IMG/VR virus record: IMGVR_UViG_3300028797_000118
Span: 1 to 64,000 of that record
From: a virus
Lineage: Duplodnaviria; Caudoviricetes
Direction: 5' to 3' (one strand)
DNA: 64,000 nucleotides
Shown: in pieces, positions 20,528-29,907 of the stretch
Layout: every line of letters starts with the position of its first letter
How positions within the stretch are numbered: the first letter of the stretch is position 1
The notes under the pieces: generated by a model
What the model saw: the letters and a program-made list of their open reading frames with translations, nothing else
The model's database searches: none
What the model was told of the DNA's origin: nothing
Position numbers and translations under genes: made by a program

Positions 20528-22117
20528 ATGGCTAATGTTATTTTTAATAAAGTCATTGCCCAAGGCGGTCAGACTGCAAAGGAAAGATATGATGCTATGT
20601 CCCACAGCGAGGGTACATTCTATCTTGTAGGTTCTGAGCTTTATCTTGGGGATGTTTTACTTTCTGCTAATATCGCAGAAGAAGTTGAGTATGATAATAC
20701 ATTGACTTCAATGACAGCAGATAATGTTCAAGATGCTATAGACGAATTGCATGATCTTGATGCTGATAAAAAAGTATATATGGAAGATGCTTCTTCAGGT
20801 CAGAGTGAGTATGCTAAAGTTTATAATTTCTATCAGGGATCAGAAGGCAGTTCACTTTCTCCTGTTGTTGGAGAACTTATCGGAACTATCAATATTCCTT
20901 TGGATAAAGTTGTTCAAGCTGGTTCTGTTGTAGAAGTTGTATTCGTTGAAGGAATAGGTGGAGATCCTGATACTCTTCATGAAGGAGATGCTTTAGGTCC
21001 GGATGTTACTACTCTCATAAAAGGTTCTGCAACTCCTACAGAAGCTGATGCCGGTAAATATATCAAACTTGAACTTCAGAATGTAACTGATCCGTTATAT
21101 ATTGCTGTTAAAGATCTTGTAGATGTTTATACAGGTGGATCAAATACTGAAGCAACAGTTACTATTGATGGTAATAATGTTATCACAGTTACGATTGGAA
21201 AAATCGATGCAACAAAGGTAATCTATCAGGAAGCAGCTGATGCTACATATGAGCAGATTGTTGCTCCCGCAACTTTTGATGAAAATGAGACATATTATAC
21301 ATATGATAGTTCAACAGATACTTATACAGAAGATGATACTGTAACAGTTTCTAATTTTGATGATAAGGTTGCAGCTGGATTATATATCGTTGATACACCT
21401 GCTGTTTCTGAGATAAATGTAAAAGATCAGATTGATACTGTTGATGGTAAGGTAGATAATCTTGCAGATTATGTAGGTACATTTACTCCTCAGCTTGGTG
21501 TTGATACAGTTATTGATTATATTGATACAAAGACAGGAGAAGGTGTTGGTGCTCTTAATTCTGAAGCCGGTATTGCTTCTGTTTCTGCTAATGTTGTAAC
21601 CATTAAAGCAGGTATTGTTGAGACTGAAGGTCTTATAGATAATGTTCCAACCTCTGTTTCAGGTACTCAGCATACTGGTTACTATGATGATTCTAAATTC
21701 TGGGAGGAACCACAGGTTGAAGGTTATCTAAATTCAAGTGATGGCAGATTCTATGAAGAAGATACATATACTACAGAGATTCCTTCGGTAACTGGAAAAA
21801 TATATAAAGATATTCCAACAGAAGTAACATATGAATGGGATGATACTCTTGCAACTCCTGCATATGTAGAAGCTACAAGAACTGAGATTACACCTAATAC
21901 TACTGATTATTATACAGATACTCCAAGTAATAAGAATTATAAATGGACAGGAAAAGCTTATGTCCTTGTGTCTGCTGATATTGTTCTTGAAGAAGTTGCT
22001 GTAACTGGTGCTGCTGCTGATGTTTCTTATAACAATACAACAAGTCAGATGACTGCTGATGATGTTCAGGAAGCAATAGATGAAATTGCCGGAAGACTTA
22101 CTTGGAACGAAGTTTGA
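20528..22117 (+). CDS. Acidic tail fibre/decoration protein
   Basis: YDN...MTADNVQDAIDEL module near both ends, D/E/T-rich. Confidence 0.6.
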   Translation: MANVIFNKVIAQGGQTAKERYDAMSHSEGTFYLVGSELYLGDVLLSANIAEEVEYDNTLTSMTADNVQDAIDELHDLDADKKVYMEDASSGQSEYAKVYNFYQGSEGSSLSPVVGELIGTINIPLDKVVQAGSVVEVVFVEGIGGDPDTLHEGDALGPDVTTLIKGSATPTEADAGKYIKLELQNVTDPLYIAVKDLVDVYTGGSNTEATVTIDGNNVITVTIGKIDATKVIYQEAADATYEQIVAPATFDENETYYTYDSSTDTYTEDDTVTVSNFDDKVAAGLYIVDTPAVSEINVKDQIDTVDGKVDNLADYVGTFTPQLGVDTVIDYIDTKTGEGVGALNSEAGIASVSANVVTIKAGIVETEGLIDNVPTSVSGTQHTGYYDDSKFWEEPQVEGYLNSSDGRFYEEDTYTTEIPSVTGKIYKDIPTEVTYEWDDTLATPAYVEATRTEITPNTTDYYTDTPSNKNYKWTGKAYVLVSADIVLEEVAVTGAAADVSYNNTTSQMTADDVQEAIDEIAGRLTWNEV

Positions 22118-22124
22118 TTGTAAT

Positions 22125-22159
22125 GGAGGGGATAGACTTCTATCCTCTCCTGTTTTTTT
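22125..22159 (+). terminator. Intrinsic terminator
   Basis: GGAGGGGATAG-ACTT-CTATCCTCTCC then T tract. Confidence 0.7.
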
Positions 22160-22177
22160 AGATGGGAGGGAAAATAT

Positions 22178-23461
22178 ATGGCAAAGCCTATATTTACAAA
22201 AGGTGGAACTGCTGGTATAGATGTCGAACCCCTCGTTGATGGACAGATTCTTTTTGATCAAGACCGTACTAGGATACTTCTTGATACTACAATTGATGGG
22301 ACACTTACTCGTCTTATAATGACAGAAAAAGATACTTTTAATGGAACTAGAGCGGAGTGGGCTGCTCTTACTGATGAACAGAAAGAGATTTTTACTTATG
22401 TTCATCTTACTGACGATTATGAATTTAAGAGTTCCGCATTTATCGGTGCTACAGAAAATTCTGATGGAGCTGCTGGTCTTGTTCCTGAACCAAAGATTGC
22501 TGACAGACATAAAATTTTATGTGGAAATGGACAATGGATTGATCACATTATTGATGATAGTCTTGATGTTTTGAGTGAAAATCCTGTTCAGAATAGAACT
22601 TTGACTAATGCCCTTGATGGGAAATTGAATTCTTCTTTAAAGGGTGTCGCTAATGGTCTTGCTGAACTTGATAACACTGGAAAGATTCCGGCATCTCAGC
22701 TTCCAGGTTCACTTAATCTTTTGGAGAAATATCCCACTGTTAATGATTTTCCTGCGTTGGGTGACGATTATACGATGTATGTTGCAGAAGATACAAACTT
22801 TGTATATCGTTGGACTGGTTCCGATTATGTGCAGATTGATGCATCGATTCAGATAGGAGAAACCTCTCAGTCTGCATTTCGTGGAGATCATGGTAAGATT
22901 GCTTATGATCATGCATATACTAATAAAGGAATAGCTCTTTCAAGTGGTTTATATAAAATTACAACTAATTCTGAAGGACATATCACCGCTGGAACAGCTG
23001 TTACAAAAACTGATATTACAGATCTTGGTATACCTGGATCTGCAACTGAATGTAGTGTTACCGATGTATCAGGAGCTATTTCAAGTTTAGATGATTTTGT
23101 TAGTAAATCAGCAAAAGGTAAGCTTGTTTCAAACTTTATAATTACTGATACAGATAACGTTTTTGGTCTTGGTTCTGGTGCTACTGTCAGAGGAAGTATT
23201 CAGTATTCAAATGCTTATGATGGAACAAGTGACGTAGATGGAAATGGATTTATCTATACTTCTAGTTCGGTTAGTCCTGTATTTATTAAGATTACGGGAA
23301 CTAGTTCTTTTATATTGTCAAAACAGAGTATCACGACTCCGACTAAAGAAGATATTGGTCTTGGCAATGTAGAAAATTTAGACTATAAAAAGATGTTTAC
23401 ATATTCTGCTTCTGAACCTTCAGGTGTTTGGAATGGATGTGTTTGGGTGGCATCTACTTGA
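22178..23461 (+). CDS. Tail fibre protein
   Basis: GAAGLVPEP, KGVANGLAELDNTGKIPASQLP, AFRGDHGKIAYDH, TKEDIGLGNVEN fibre modules. Confidence 0.75.
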   Translation: MAKPIFTKGGTAGIDVEPLVDGQILFDQDRTRILLDTTIDGTLTRLIMTEKDTFNGTRAEWAALTDEQKEIFTYVHLTDDYEFKSSAFIGATENSDGAAGLVPEPKIADRHKILCGNGQWIDHIIDDSLDVLSENPVQNRTLTNALDGKLNSSLKGVANGLAELDNTGKIPASQLPGSLNLLEKYPTVNDFPALGDDYTMYVAEDTNFVYRWTGSDYVQIDASIQIGETSQSAFRGDHGKIAYDHAYTNKGIALSSGLYKITTNSEGHITAGTAVTKTDITDLGIPGSATECSVTDVSGAISSLDDFVSKSAKGKLVSNFIITDTDNVFGLGSGATVRGSIQYSNAYDGTSDVDGNGFIYTSSSVSPVFIKITGTSSFILSKQSITTPTKEDIGLGNVENLDYKKMFTYSASEPSGVWNGCVWVAST

Positions 23462-23480
23462 ATAAAAGGAGGAGTAAGTT

Positions 23481-23810
23481 ATGGCAGATTATACGCATGA
23501 GTATAGTAATTTCCCCACTACTATATATACTCTCCATAATTTTTTAGATCTCAAGGATGCTCCTTTGAATGTTGCAAGTGTAGTTTCTGATATTAAAAAT
23601 CTTATTCTTCAGGGAAGTTATAATCAGGCTGCACTAAAACTTGAAGAAAATAAAAATATTCTCTCTCAGTATCTTATAGATGCAACTTTTATTAATACTT
23701 TGGATGAGGAACTTCGAAATCTTGAGATTTATGCTAAGACAAAAAAACAGGCTTTATATTATACTACTGAGGAACCGGAAGGCGTGTCCGGTGATATTTG
23801 GATAGGTTAG
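23481..23810 (+). CDS. Tail-associated protein (paralog of next gene)
   Basis: FP...D...Y..A...N...N.L..E..N/A.E.YA...P...WI pattern shared with 23815-24147. Confidence 0.55.
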   Translation: MADYTHEYSNFPTTIYTLHNFLDLKDAPLNVASVVSDIKNLILQGSYNQAALKLEENKNILSQYLIDATFINTLDEELRNLEIYAKTKKQALYYTTEEPEGVSGDIWIG

Positions 23811-23814
23811 CTTT

Positions 23815-24147
23815 ATGCATAATACAAGTACTGTTTTCCCTGAGTCTTTTGACAATAGATTTTTCTTTAATGATGTTCGTCTTCGACACGCCGATATAAT
23901 GAGAGGATATAGGGATTATTTATTGAATAAAGATTATGTGGGTGCATCTCAATATCTATACAATAATGTTGAGATAGCAAATCAAGACATGGATTATAAT
24001 GGTGCGTATTTATGGAACACTTTGGAAAATCGTGTATCTGCCATTGAAAATTATGCTATCTCTATGGAAGAGACAAACGTTCGTCCATATTGTTCAAATG
24101 TACCACCTACGCAAAAAATGGAGCATATGTCATGGATTTGCGATTGA
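23815..24147 (+). CDS. Tail-associated protein (paralog of previous gene)
   Basis: Same pattern as 23481-23810; last gene before terminator. Confidence 0.55.
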   Translation: MHNTSTVFPESFDNRFFFNDVRLRHADIMRGYRDYLLNKDYVGASQYLYNNVEIANQDMDYNGAYLWNTLENRVSAIENYAISMEETNVRPYCSNVPPTQKMEHMSWICD

Positions 24148-24151
24148 TTTT

Positions 24152-24186
24152 TAGGGAATTATGGTTTGGCCATAGTTCCCTTTTTT
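24152..24186 (+). terminator. Intrinsic terminator ending the tail operon
   Basis: AGGGAATTATGG-loop-CCATAGTTCCCT followed by T run. Confidence 0.75.
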
Positions 24187-24309
24187 CGCATTTAAGATGC
24201 AGATATTATCTGAGCTGTGACGATATGTTAAAATTTGCCGTCTATTTTCGTTTTTTATTATCTTTTTGAATATTTGTCCATAATCAATATAAAACGTCTA
24301 AAATGTGCC

Positions 24310-24900
24310 AAATTTTAATAAATAAAATATATATCACTTTTATGATATTGCTAATTACATATCAAATATACAACATCATAATATTGATATATATAATTAA
24401 CTATCTCAATATATATATTATAAATTCGTTATTGTAATATTTATTTATAAATACTCATATTCTTATTTTTATATTGTAATATTAATATTTTTATTTTTAT
24501 TTTATATATTACATTTTAATATTTTGATATTTTTATATAAATTTTATATATTTGATATTGTAATATTAATTTCCAAATACTAATTTATAGATATTGAGTT
24601 TATAATATCGGTATAATTAAATATATATTTTAAATTTACTATTGGTATATATATTTAATTATATCGATATTGACATATATAATTTTATATAGTAGTATTT
24701 AAAAATCTATTTTGTAATTTTGATTATACGTTATTGATATTTATATTTTGATTTTATTATTTTAGTTTATTGTTATTGATTTATTGATTGTGTTTTTGTG
24801 ATATTACTATCTTCAAACTACTATCCATATATTAATTTTTATATTTTACATTTGTAATTATGATATTTGCATTTAAATATCATGATATATATTTTATTAT
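24310..24900. promoter_or_regulatory. Very AT-rich non-coding region with degenerate short repeats; putative centromere (parS) and parA promoter
   Basis: Recurrent TATTGTAATATT (three copies), many TTGATAT, local 8-bp phasing; directly upstream of parA as in type Ib par loci. Confidence 0.5.
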
Positions 24901-24920
24901 TCAAAAAAGGGGAATGAAAA

Positions 24921-25718
24921 ATGAGTATTAACATTGCTATCGCAAATCAAAAAGGAGGAGTAGGGAAAACAACGACTACTATTATCTTAGCTGATGCATT
25001 AAAGCACATTGGCTATAAGGTTCTTGTTATCGATCTTGATCCTCAGTGTAACACGACTGACACATATGGAGCAAAGCTTGAAGATGTATATACGATCTAT
25101 GATGTTCTTGATGGTGAATGCAAAACTGAAGAAGCTATACAAAAATTAGTATTAGGAGATATTATTCCTGGAGACAAACTACTTGCAGACAATCTTGATC
25201 ATTTTAATGCAAAGATGTCAAGAGAACTATTATTAAAAAAGAGACTAAAAGAAGTTGATAAGAAATATGATTTTGTTATAATCGATACCCCTCCTACGCT
25301 TGGTTTATATATGGTCAATGCGCTTGCTGCTTCAAATGGATGTGTAATTCCACTAAAGGCTGAGAGATATTCAGTAAGTGGTCTTGGAGAACTTTTTTCG
25401 ACAATAAACAATATAAGAGAAGCCGGAGTTAATGAAAATCTTAAGGTATATGGAACTCTTATAACCAATTTCGACACAAGAAACGACCTTGATAGAAGAC
25501 TTAAGATGGAACTTCCTGAGACTGCATCTCAGTACAATTTTAGGAATTTTAATTCTTATATAAGGATTTGTCAGGACATCAAGAAATCACAAAATCTTAA
25601 TTTTGAAGAGGGTGAGATAATAAATCGTTCATTGTTTGATAATTATCCTGGAAGTAATGCTGCTGAAGATTATGTAAAATTCACAAAAGAATTATTGGAG
25701 GTAATAAAGAATGGCTAA
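24921..25718 (+). CDS. parA: ParA/Soj partition ATPase
   Basis: NQKGGVGKTTT deviant Walker A, DLDPQ, IIDTPP Walker B; no N-terminal HTH (type Ib). Confidence 0.95.
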   Translation: MSINIAIANQKGGVGKTTTTIILADALKHIGYKVLVIDLDPQCNTTDTYGAKLEDVYTIYDVLDGECKTEEAIQKLVLGDIIPGDKLLADNLDHFNAKMSRELLLKKRLKEVDKKYDFVIIDTPPTLGLYMVNALAASNGCVIPLKAERYSVSGLGELFSTINNIREAGVNENLKVYGTLITNFDTRNDLDRRLKMELPETASQYNFRNFNSYIRICQDIKKSQNLNFEEGEIINRSLFDNYPGSNAAEDYVKFTKELLEVIKNG

Positions 25719-26052
25719 AACAACTAAGACAAGTAATCTGTTTTCGGGATTTAATCCACCGACACTTCCTTCAACAAGTACTGTTGAAAAAAAAGAAGTC
25801 CCGGAAGTCGTAGCAGAAAAGAAAGTTATGGTAGAAGAGAAAAAAGAAGTTGTAAAACAAAATATTTCTACACAGCAATTTATTTTCAAAAGAGGTCGTC
25901 CAAAAGAACTTGTTGGTAAGCAACATCTATATTCTGCAAGGATAAATGAAGATCTTTTTAAACTTGCAAAGAAAACTGCTGAGAAGAAATTTGACAATAG
26001 TGTAAATGCGTATCTTAATTATCTGATTGCTAAAGATCAAGGATTAATGTGA
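25711..26052 (+). CDS. Putative centromere-binding protein (disordered N-terminus, AT-hook, ribbon-helix-helix)
   Basis: Overlaps parA stop; KRGRPK then YSARINEDLF...SVNAYLNYLI RHH-like pattern. Confidence 0.7.
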   Translation: MAKTTKTSNLFSGFNPPTLPSTSTVEKKEVPEVVAEKKVMVEEKKEVVKQNISTQQFIFKRGRPKELVGKQHLYSARINEDLFKLAKKTAEKKFDNSVNAYLNYLIAKDQGLM

Positions 26053-26176
26053 AAAGATAAATTGTAAGGAATGGGACTGTTATACCTCCATTCCTTTATA
26101 GATTCTTATATTGAACAATACCGTTCATCTTTATTGTTCAATTTGCATTTTTAGAAAGATATGATATTATTATTTT

Positions 26177-26270
26177 ACAAAGATGCTACCGATAGACGGT
26201 TAGCTCTGGTTAATAGTTACAGTTCAAAAAAACCGCTTCCTACTGGCCAAAGTATTCAGCGGTTTTTTTG
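26177..26270 (+). ncRNA. Putative type I antitoxin sRNA (locus 1)
   Basis: Promoter TTGCAT(26143)-16-TGnTATTAT(26165-70); ends in bidirectional terminator AAAAAAACCGCT...AGCGGTTTTTTT shared with the convergent toxin mRNA. Confidence 0.7.
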
Positions 26271-26280
26271 ATGGAAAAAT

Positions 26281-26376
26281 TTATTTCTTGAACTTTAAGA
26301 TGATTGCGATTATGAAAATAATAAATCCCATTATCACAAGATTCATACTCAAAGTTATAAGTAATAGTCTTAGCAT
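26281..26376 (-). CDS. Putative type I (holin-like) toxin, 31 aa: MLRLLLITLSMNLVIMGFIIFIIAIILKFKK
   Basis: Single hydrophobic helix with basic C-terminus, long structured leader, convergent sRNA; not in the ORF track (<60 aa). Confidence 0.75.
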   Translation of the reverse strand: MLRLLLITLSMNLVIMGFIIFIIAIILKFKK

Positions 26377-26504
26377 CTCTAGCCCCTATCAGATTTCCCA
26401 TAATACATACCTCCTTACATAAAGGGAGTTCTCAGGATAAACCTGGCAAAGAGCCAACCGCCTACCGTTAATTGGTAGCATCCATGCTATTCTATCATAA
26501 CGGC

Positions 26505-26583
26505 ATAAAAAACGCTAGGTATTGCGAGTACCTAGCGTTTTTGTGTTAATTTGTTTTGAAATAGTAACCACATTTCTTTGCTT
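26505..26583 (-). ncRNA. Orphan small RNA (antitoxin-like)
   Basis: Promoter TTGACT-16-TATAGT with extended TG (26617-26590); terminator AAAAACGCTAGGTA-CTCGCAA-TACCTAGCGTTTTT; no ORF. Confidence 0.6.
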
Positions 26584-26739
26584 ACTCACACTATAGCACG
26601 TTCAATCTATTAGTCAAATTTATATAATTCTTTTAGTTAGCAGACAACGGTTGTTGTTTTATTAATTAATAACAACTAGTATTAATTAATTCTTATTACA
26701 TACCTTGTAAACCGCATGGTTAAGCCATTTCTTATATTC

Positions 26740-26934
26740 AATTTCCTAGAATTCAGGTACGAATTTCCTAGAATTTGGGTATGAATCTCCTAGAAATCGG
26801 GTGCAAGTTTCCTAGAAATCAGAACAAAAAATACCATAAAAAACTACCCTAATTTCCTAGAATTTGGGTATGAGTTTCCTAGAAATCGGAACAAACTTCC
26901 TAGAAATCAGAACAATATCCTAGAATTTAGAACA
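26740..26934 (+). repeat. Replication origin iterons: eight ~21-22 bp direct repeats in two blocks of four (core TCCTAGAA)
   Basis: e.g. AATTTCCTAGAATTTGGGTATG twice exactly; inverted cores TTCTAGGA at ~26988 and 27041; immediately upstream of the Rep_3 gene. Confidence 0.9.
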
Positions 26935-27098
26935 TTGTAAGAAAAGCCGTATTTATGGGGAAAATTGAATTTAATAAATATTCTATTTTCTAGGAGATTC
27001 TTCCAGGTATTTTATTTACTAGGGTTCAAAACATTCTATATTCTAGGATAGATGTTTTCTGGATTTTAGTATATTTCAAATTTACTAGATAAATGGGA

Positions 27099-27127
27099 TT
27101 GACAGGTATTTTTATCTCATTTACAAT
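27099..27127 (+). promoter_or_regulatory. Sigma-A promoter of rep
   Basis: TTGACA-17-TACAAT. Confidence 0.75.
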
Positions 27128-27150
27128 TAAAAGAACTGAGAGAGGGGTGT

Positions 27151-28404
27151 GTGATTATGGGGCAAAAAAAAACGCAAGATAGTACCACTGATATTCTTTC
27201 AAGTAAAAAATATACAAAGTCTAATGCTTTGGTCAATTCAAAGGGGAAAGCTGGATTATTAGCAGAAAAATTATTCGCAGTAGGAATTCAGAGAGCAGTT
27301 GAAGATGAAAAGACCGGCATTCTTACAACAACAATTCGAGGAATAGAACTAAAGAAGATTTTCCAAACTAATCGTGGATCGTTTTACGCTGATGTTAGTG
27401 CGTTGGTGGATCCGCCAACAAATGATTCTCCATCATTACTTGATTGGAGGATAATTTATAAAGATGACGAATCGCAGAGTATTGAAGCAATAAATGTTAT
27501 TACTGATTGTTCGTTCAAAAAAGGTGTTTTCGAAATAAGATTTAATAATAAGATCACACCACAGGTAAGAAGATTGCAAGCAAATTATACTATTTTTTCA
27601 CTTGCAGATACGATGCCTTTAAAAAGCATTTATTCTTTTAAATTATATGAGATATTAAAATCTGAATATGACAGACAAGATTATGCGGCTAAAAAAAGAG
27701 AATTATGGAATCCGAATGCAACCTATATAACGGAAATGCATATTGTTGATCTGAAACTAAGAGTAGGTATCATTGATAGTTCATGGAGTAATGAAATAGC
27801 TGAAGAGCTTAGAAAGCCTGATCCAGATTATAATCTGATTGAAAAAATCACGGATGCATTATTAAAAAGCGAAGGAGCTATTGATAAAAATAAAAAGACA
27901 TATAAGAGTTATAAGAGAATAGATAATTTTAAAAAAAATGTTCTTGATAGAGCAAAAGAAGAATTAGAAGAAAAAACATCTATAAAGTTTGATTATGAAA
28001 ATTTAACAGGAGGAGCAGGGGGAAAAGTATATGGAATAAGATTTTTTATTTCGAAAAATATAAAAGAATCTGATACTATTGAAATAGTTGAGAATCCAAA
28101 AGTTTTTATGTCGAAAGAAGAAAAATTTGAGATTCTGGAAACTATTGCTGATATGATTGGAAATTCATTTTCATATAGGGATGTCAAAGTTATTTCTGAA
28201 AGAGCAGGTTACAATATAGAGAAAGTAAAAAATGCGTATGAGATTATGTTAAGCAATAAGACAACAATAAGTGACCCAACTGCTTGGATGATTAGTGCTA
28301 TTGAAAAAAATTATCAGAGAGGGATAGGAACAAAGTTAGTAAAAACTTATGCAAATCCCAATGAAGATATTTCTGAATTAGAAGCATTACTTTTAGATAA
28401 CTAA
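27151..28404 (+). CDS. Plasmid replication initiator, Rep_3 family
   Basis: KSNALV, LKSIYSFKLYEILKS, FKKNVLDRAKEEL, GKVYGIRF motifs; adjacent iterons. Confidence 0.9.
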   Translation: MIMGQKKTQDSTTDILSSKKYTKSNALVNSKGKAGLLAEKLFAVGIQRAVEDEKTGILTTTIRGIELKKIFQTNRGSFYADVSALVDPPTNDSPSLLDWRIIYKDDESQSIEAINVITDCSFKKGVFEIRFNNKITPQVRRLQANYTIFSLADTMPLKSIYSFKLYEILKSEYDRQDYAAKKRELWNPNATYITEMHIVDLKLRVGIIDSSWSNEIAEELRKPDPDYNLIEKITDALLKSEGAIDKNKKTYKSYKRIDNFKKNVLDRAKEELEEKTSIKFDYENLTGGAGGKVYGIRFFISKNIKESDTIEIVENPKVFMSKEEKFEILETIADMIGNSFSYRDVKVISERAGYNIEKVKNAYEIMLSNKTTISDPTAWMISAIEKNYQRGIGTKLVKTYANPNEDISELEALLLDN

Positions 28405-28425
28405 AAATACTCATGGGGGAGAAAG

Positions 28426-29907
28426 ATGTACGGACCGCAAACAAAGGAAGACTTAAAGATTTTTCTCAGTGATATAGAAGAGTGTAAAAGATTAAGTGGT
28501 AATTCAGCAAATGATTTAAGACGTAGGCGAAGAACGCTTAATATTGTATGGGCAATAACAGATTCTTTAAAAGATGTTCAATTTGAAGAATTAATGAGCA
28601 ATATGTATTTTAAGTGTTCTGATGAAATGAAGCCTATTTTGAATTTTTATGAAGATTGTCTTATAGATAGCAAATTAAACAATGATGAATTTAGACGTAA
28701 GTTACATGATAGATTGTTAGTTTTTTGTAATAAGATTAAAGAGAGTAACAAACAATGTTTGATTGTGGAATTTTATAATATTTTGAATCAAGCATGTATA
28801 CGAAAAAATTATTCGGATCCTTTGATAAACAAAATCTTTAGTGCGTATCTTTCATTGGTTCAGCAAAGTATTACATATTTTTATGATGATATTACTAAGT
28901 ATTTTTACGGTATAAAAGACGATGGAACTTTTTTAGTAGTTGAAGATAAATGGCCTATGATAGATTGGGCTCATGAAGATTATGCCGAGAAAATATTTTA
29001 TCAAACGGTTTATGGGAAAAAAGTTAATGAAGAAAAAATGTTTTTGGAAGCAAAAAGAAGATATGCTCAATACGGTCTCAAAGTCAATAATATTGAGGAT
29101 ATGATTGCAATAAGTACAATTGCTAATAATTTTGGTAATGTAACAGCAGCAATGGCATATTATATGTCTGAACAGACAAAGGATATGCTTCCTGAAAATG
29201 AAATTGGTCTTAAGATAAATAATTATCCCAAAAAGTGGTTAGATACAGAATATTACAAGGAACGTTTATTAAAAAGGAATTTTGCATTACCTGGATGTAT
29301 AAAAGCAACTTGTGAATATGCTGGAGATATTAAAGAAATTTATTTTAGAGAAGTAATAAAAGATGATAATGTTGTAATGCTTTATAAGGTTATAACTAAA
29401 ATTGGATTTGATGAATATTCAGATATTCCTGGATATTATATTCCAAGTGAAAAATTTATGTATTTATATTATAACGTTGCGGAAGGAGCAAAAGATGAAG
29501 GCGTTATTATAGAGAACTTTATTTTAGAGTTATATTTTTTATTGACGGTAAGGCGAACAGAAGAAGAAAAAGAAATGAAACAATATTCTTTACCTCTTAT
29601 TGCAGAAGAATATGATGATGTTTATAAGATACCAAGATGGAAGAATCAACCTATAATATCATTCTCTTTATTTGGTCGAGAGGATAAGAAGGATAAAGGA
29701 CAAAAAAGGACATATAAACAAGGTGTCTATGAATATGATAATGCCAAGATCGGATGCTTTATAAGAAGATTACCGGCAGGACAGACAGCTTCTTGGGAAG
29801 CTATGACAAATGCTGCAAAGTACGGTTATGAGCTTGAAAAAGGATATACATTTGTTACACCATTTGCTAGAAAACAACGTCATATAAAAGTTTTGGGAGG
29901 ATTATGA
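28426..29907 (+). CDS. Hypothetical protein
   Basis: 493 aa ORF, co-oriented with rep; C-terminal FIRRLPAGQTAS...GYTFVTPF. Confidence 0.7.
   Translation: MYGPQTKEDLKIFLSDIEECKRLSGNSANDLRRRRRTLNIVWAITDSLKDVQFEELMSNMYFKCSDEMKPILNFYEDCLIDSKLNNDEFRRKLHDRLLVFCNKIKESNKQCLIVEFYNILNQACIRKNYSDPLINKIFSAYLSLVQQSITYFYDDITKYFYGIKDDGTFLVVEDKWPMIDWAHEDYAEKIFYQTVYGKKVNEEKMFLEAKRRYAQYGLKVNNIEDMIAISTIANNFGNVTAAMAYYMSEQTKDMLPENEIGLKINNYPKKWLDTEYYKERLLKRNFALPGCIKATCEYAGDIKEIYFREVIKDDNVVMLYKVITKIGFDEYSDIPGYYIPSEKFMYLYYNVAEGAKDEGVIIENFILELYFLLTVRRTEEEKEMKQYSLPLIAEEYDDVYKIPRWKNQPIISFSLFGREDKKDKGQKRTYKQGVYEYDNAKIGCFIRRLPAGQTASWEAMTNAAKYGYELEKGYTFVTPFARKQRHIKVLGGL

Noticed and set aside
14213-23461. Diversity-generating retroelement or invertible tail-fibre cassettes
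   Set aside because: No reverse transcriptase or invertase in the window, no TR/VR-like near-duplicate noticed, and all fibre genes are on one strand.
26500-26520. ssoA-like motifs (TAGCGT and TTTATGCCG on the minus strand)
   Set aside because: They are adjacent rather than placed in a long hairpin, are explained by a terminator and the toxin -35 box, and the replicon is theta/iteron type.
26740-26934. Possible CRISPR array
   Set aside because: Repeats are head-to-tail without unique spacers, are ~22 bp and sit next to a Rep_3 gene, so they are iterons; the only Cas-like gene is a solo Cas4-like nuclease typical of phages.
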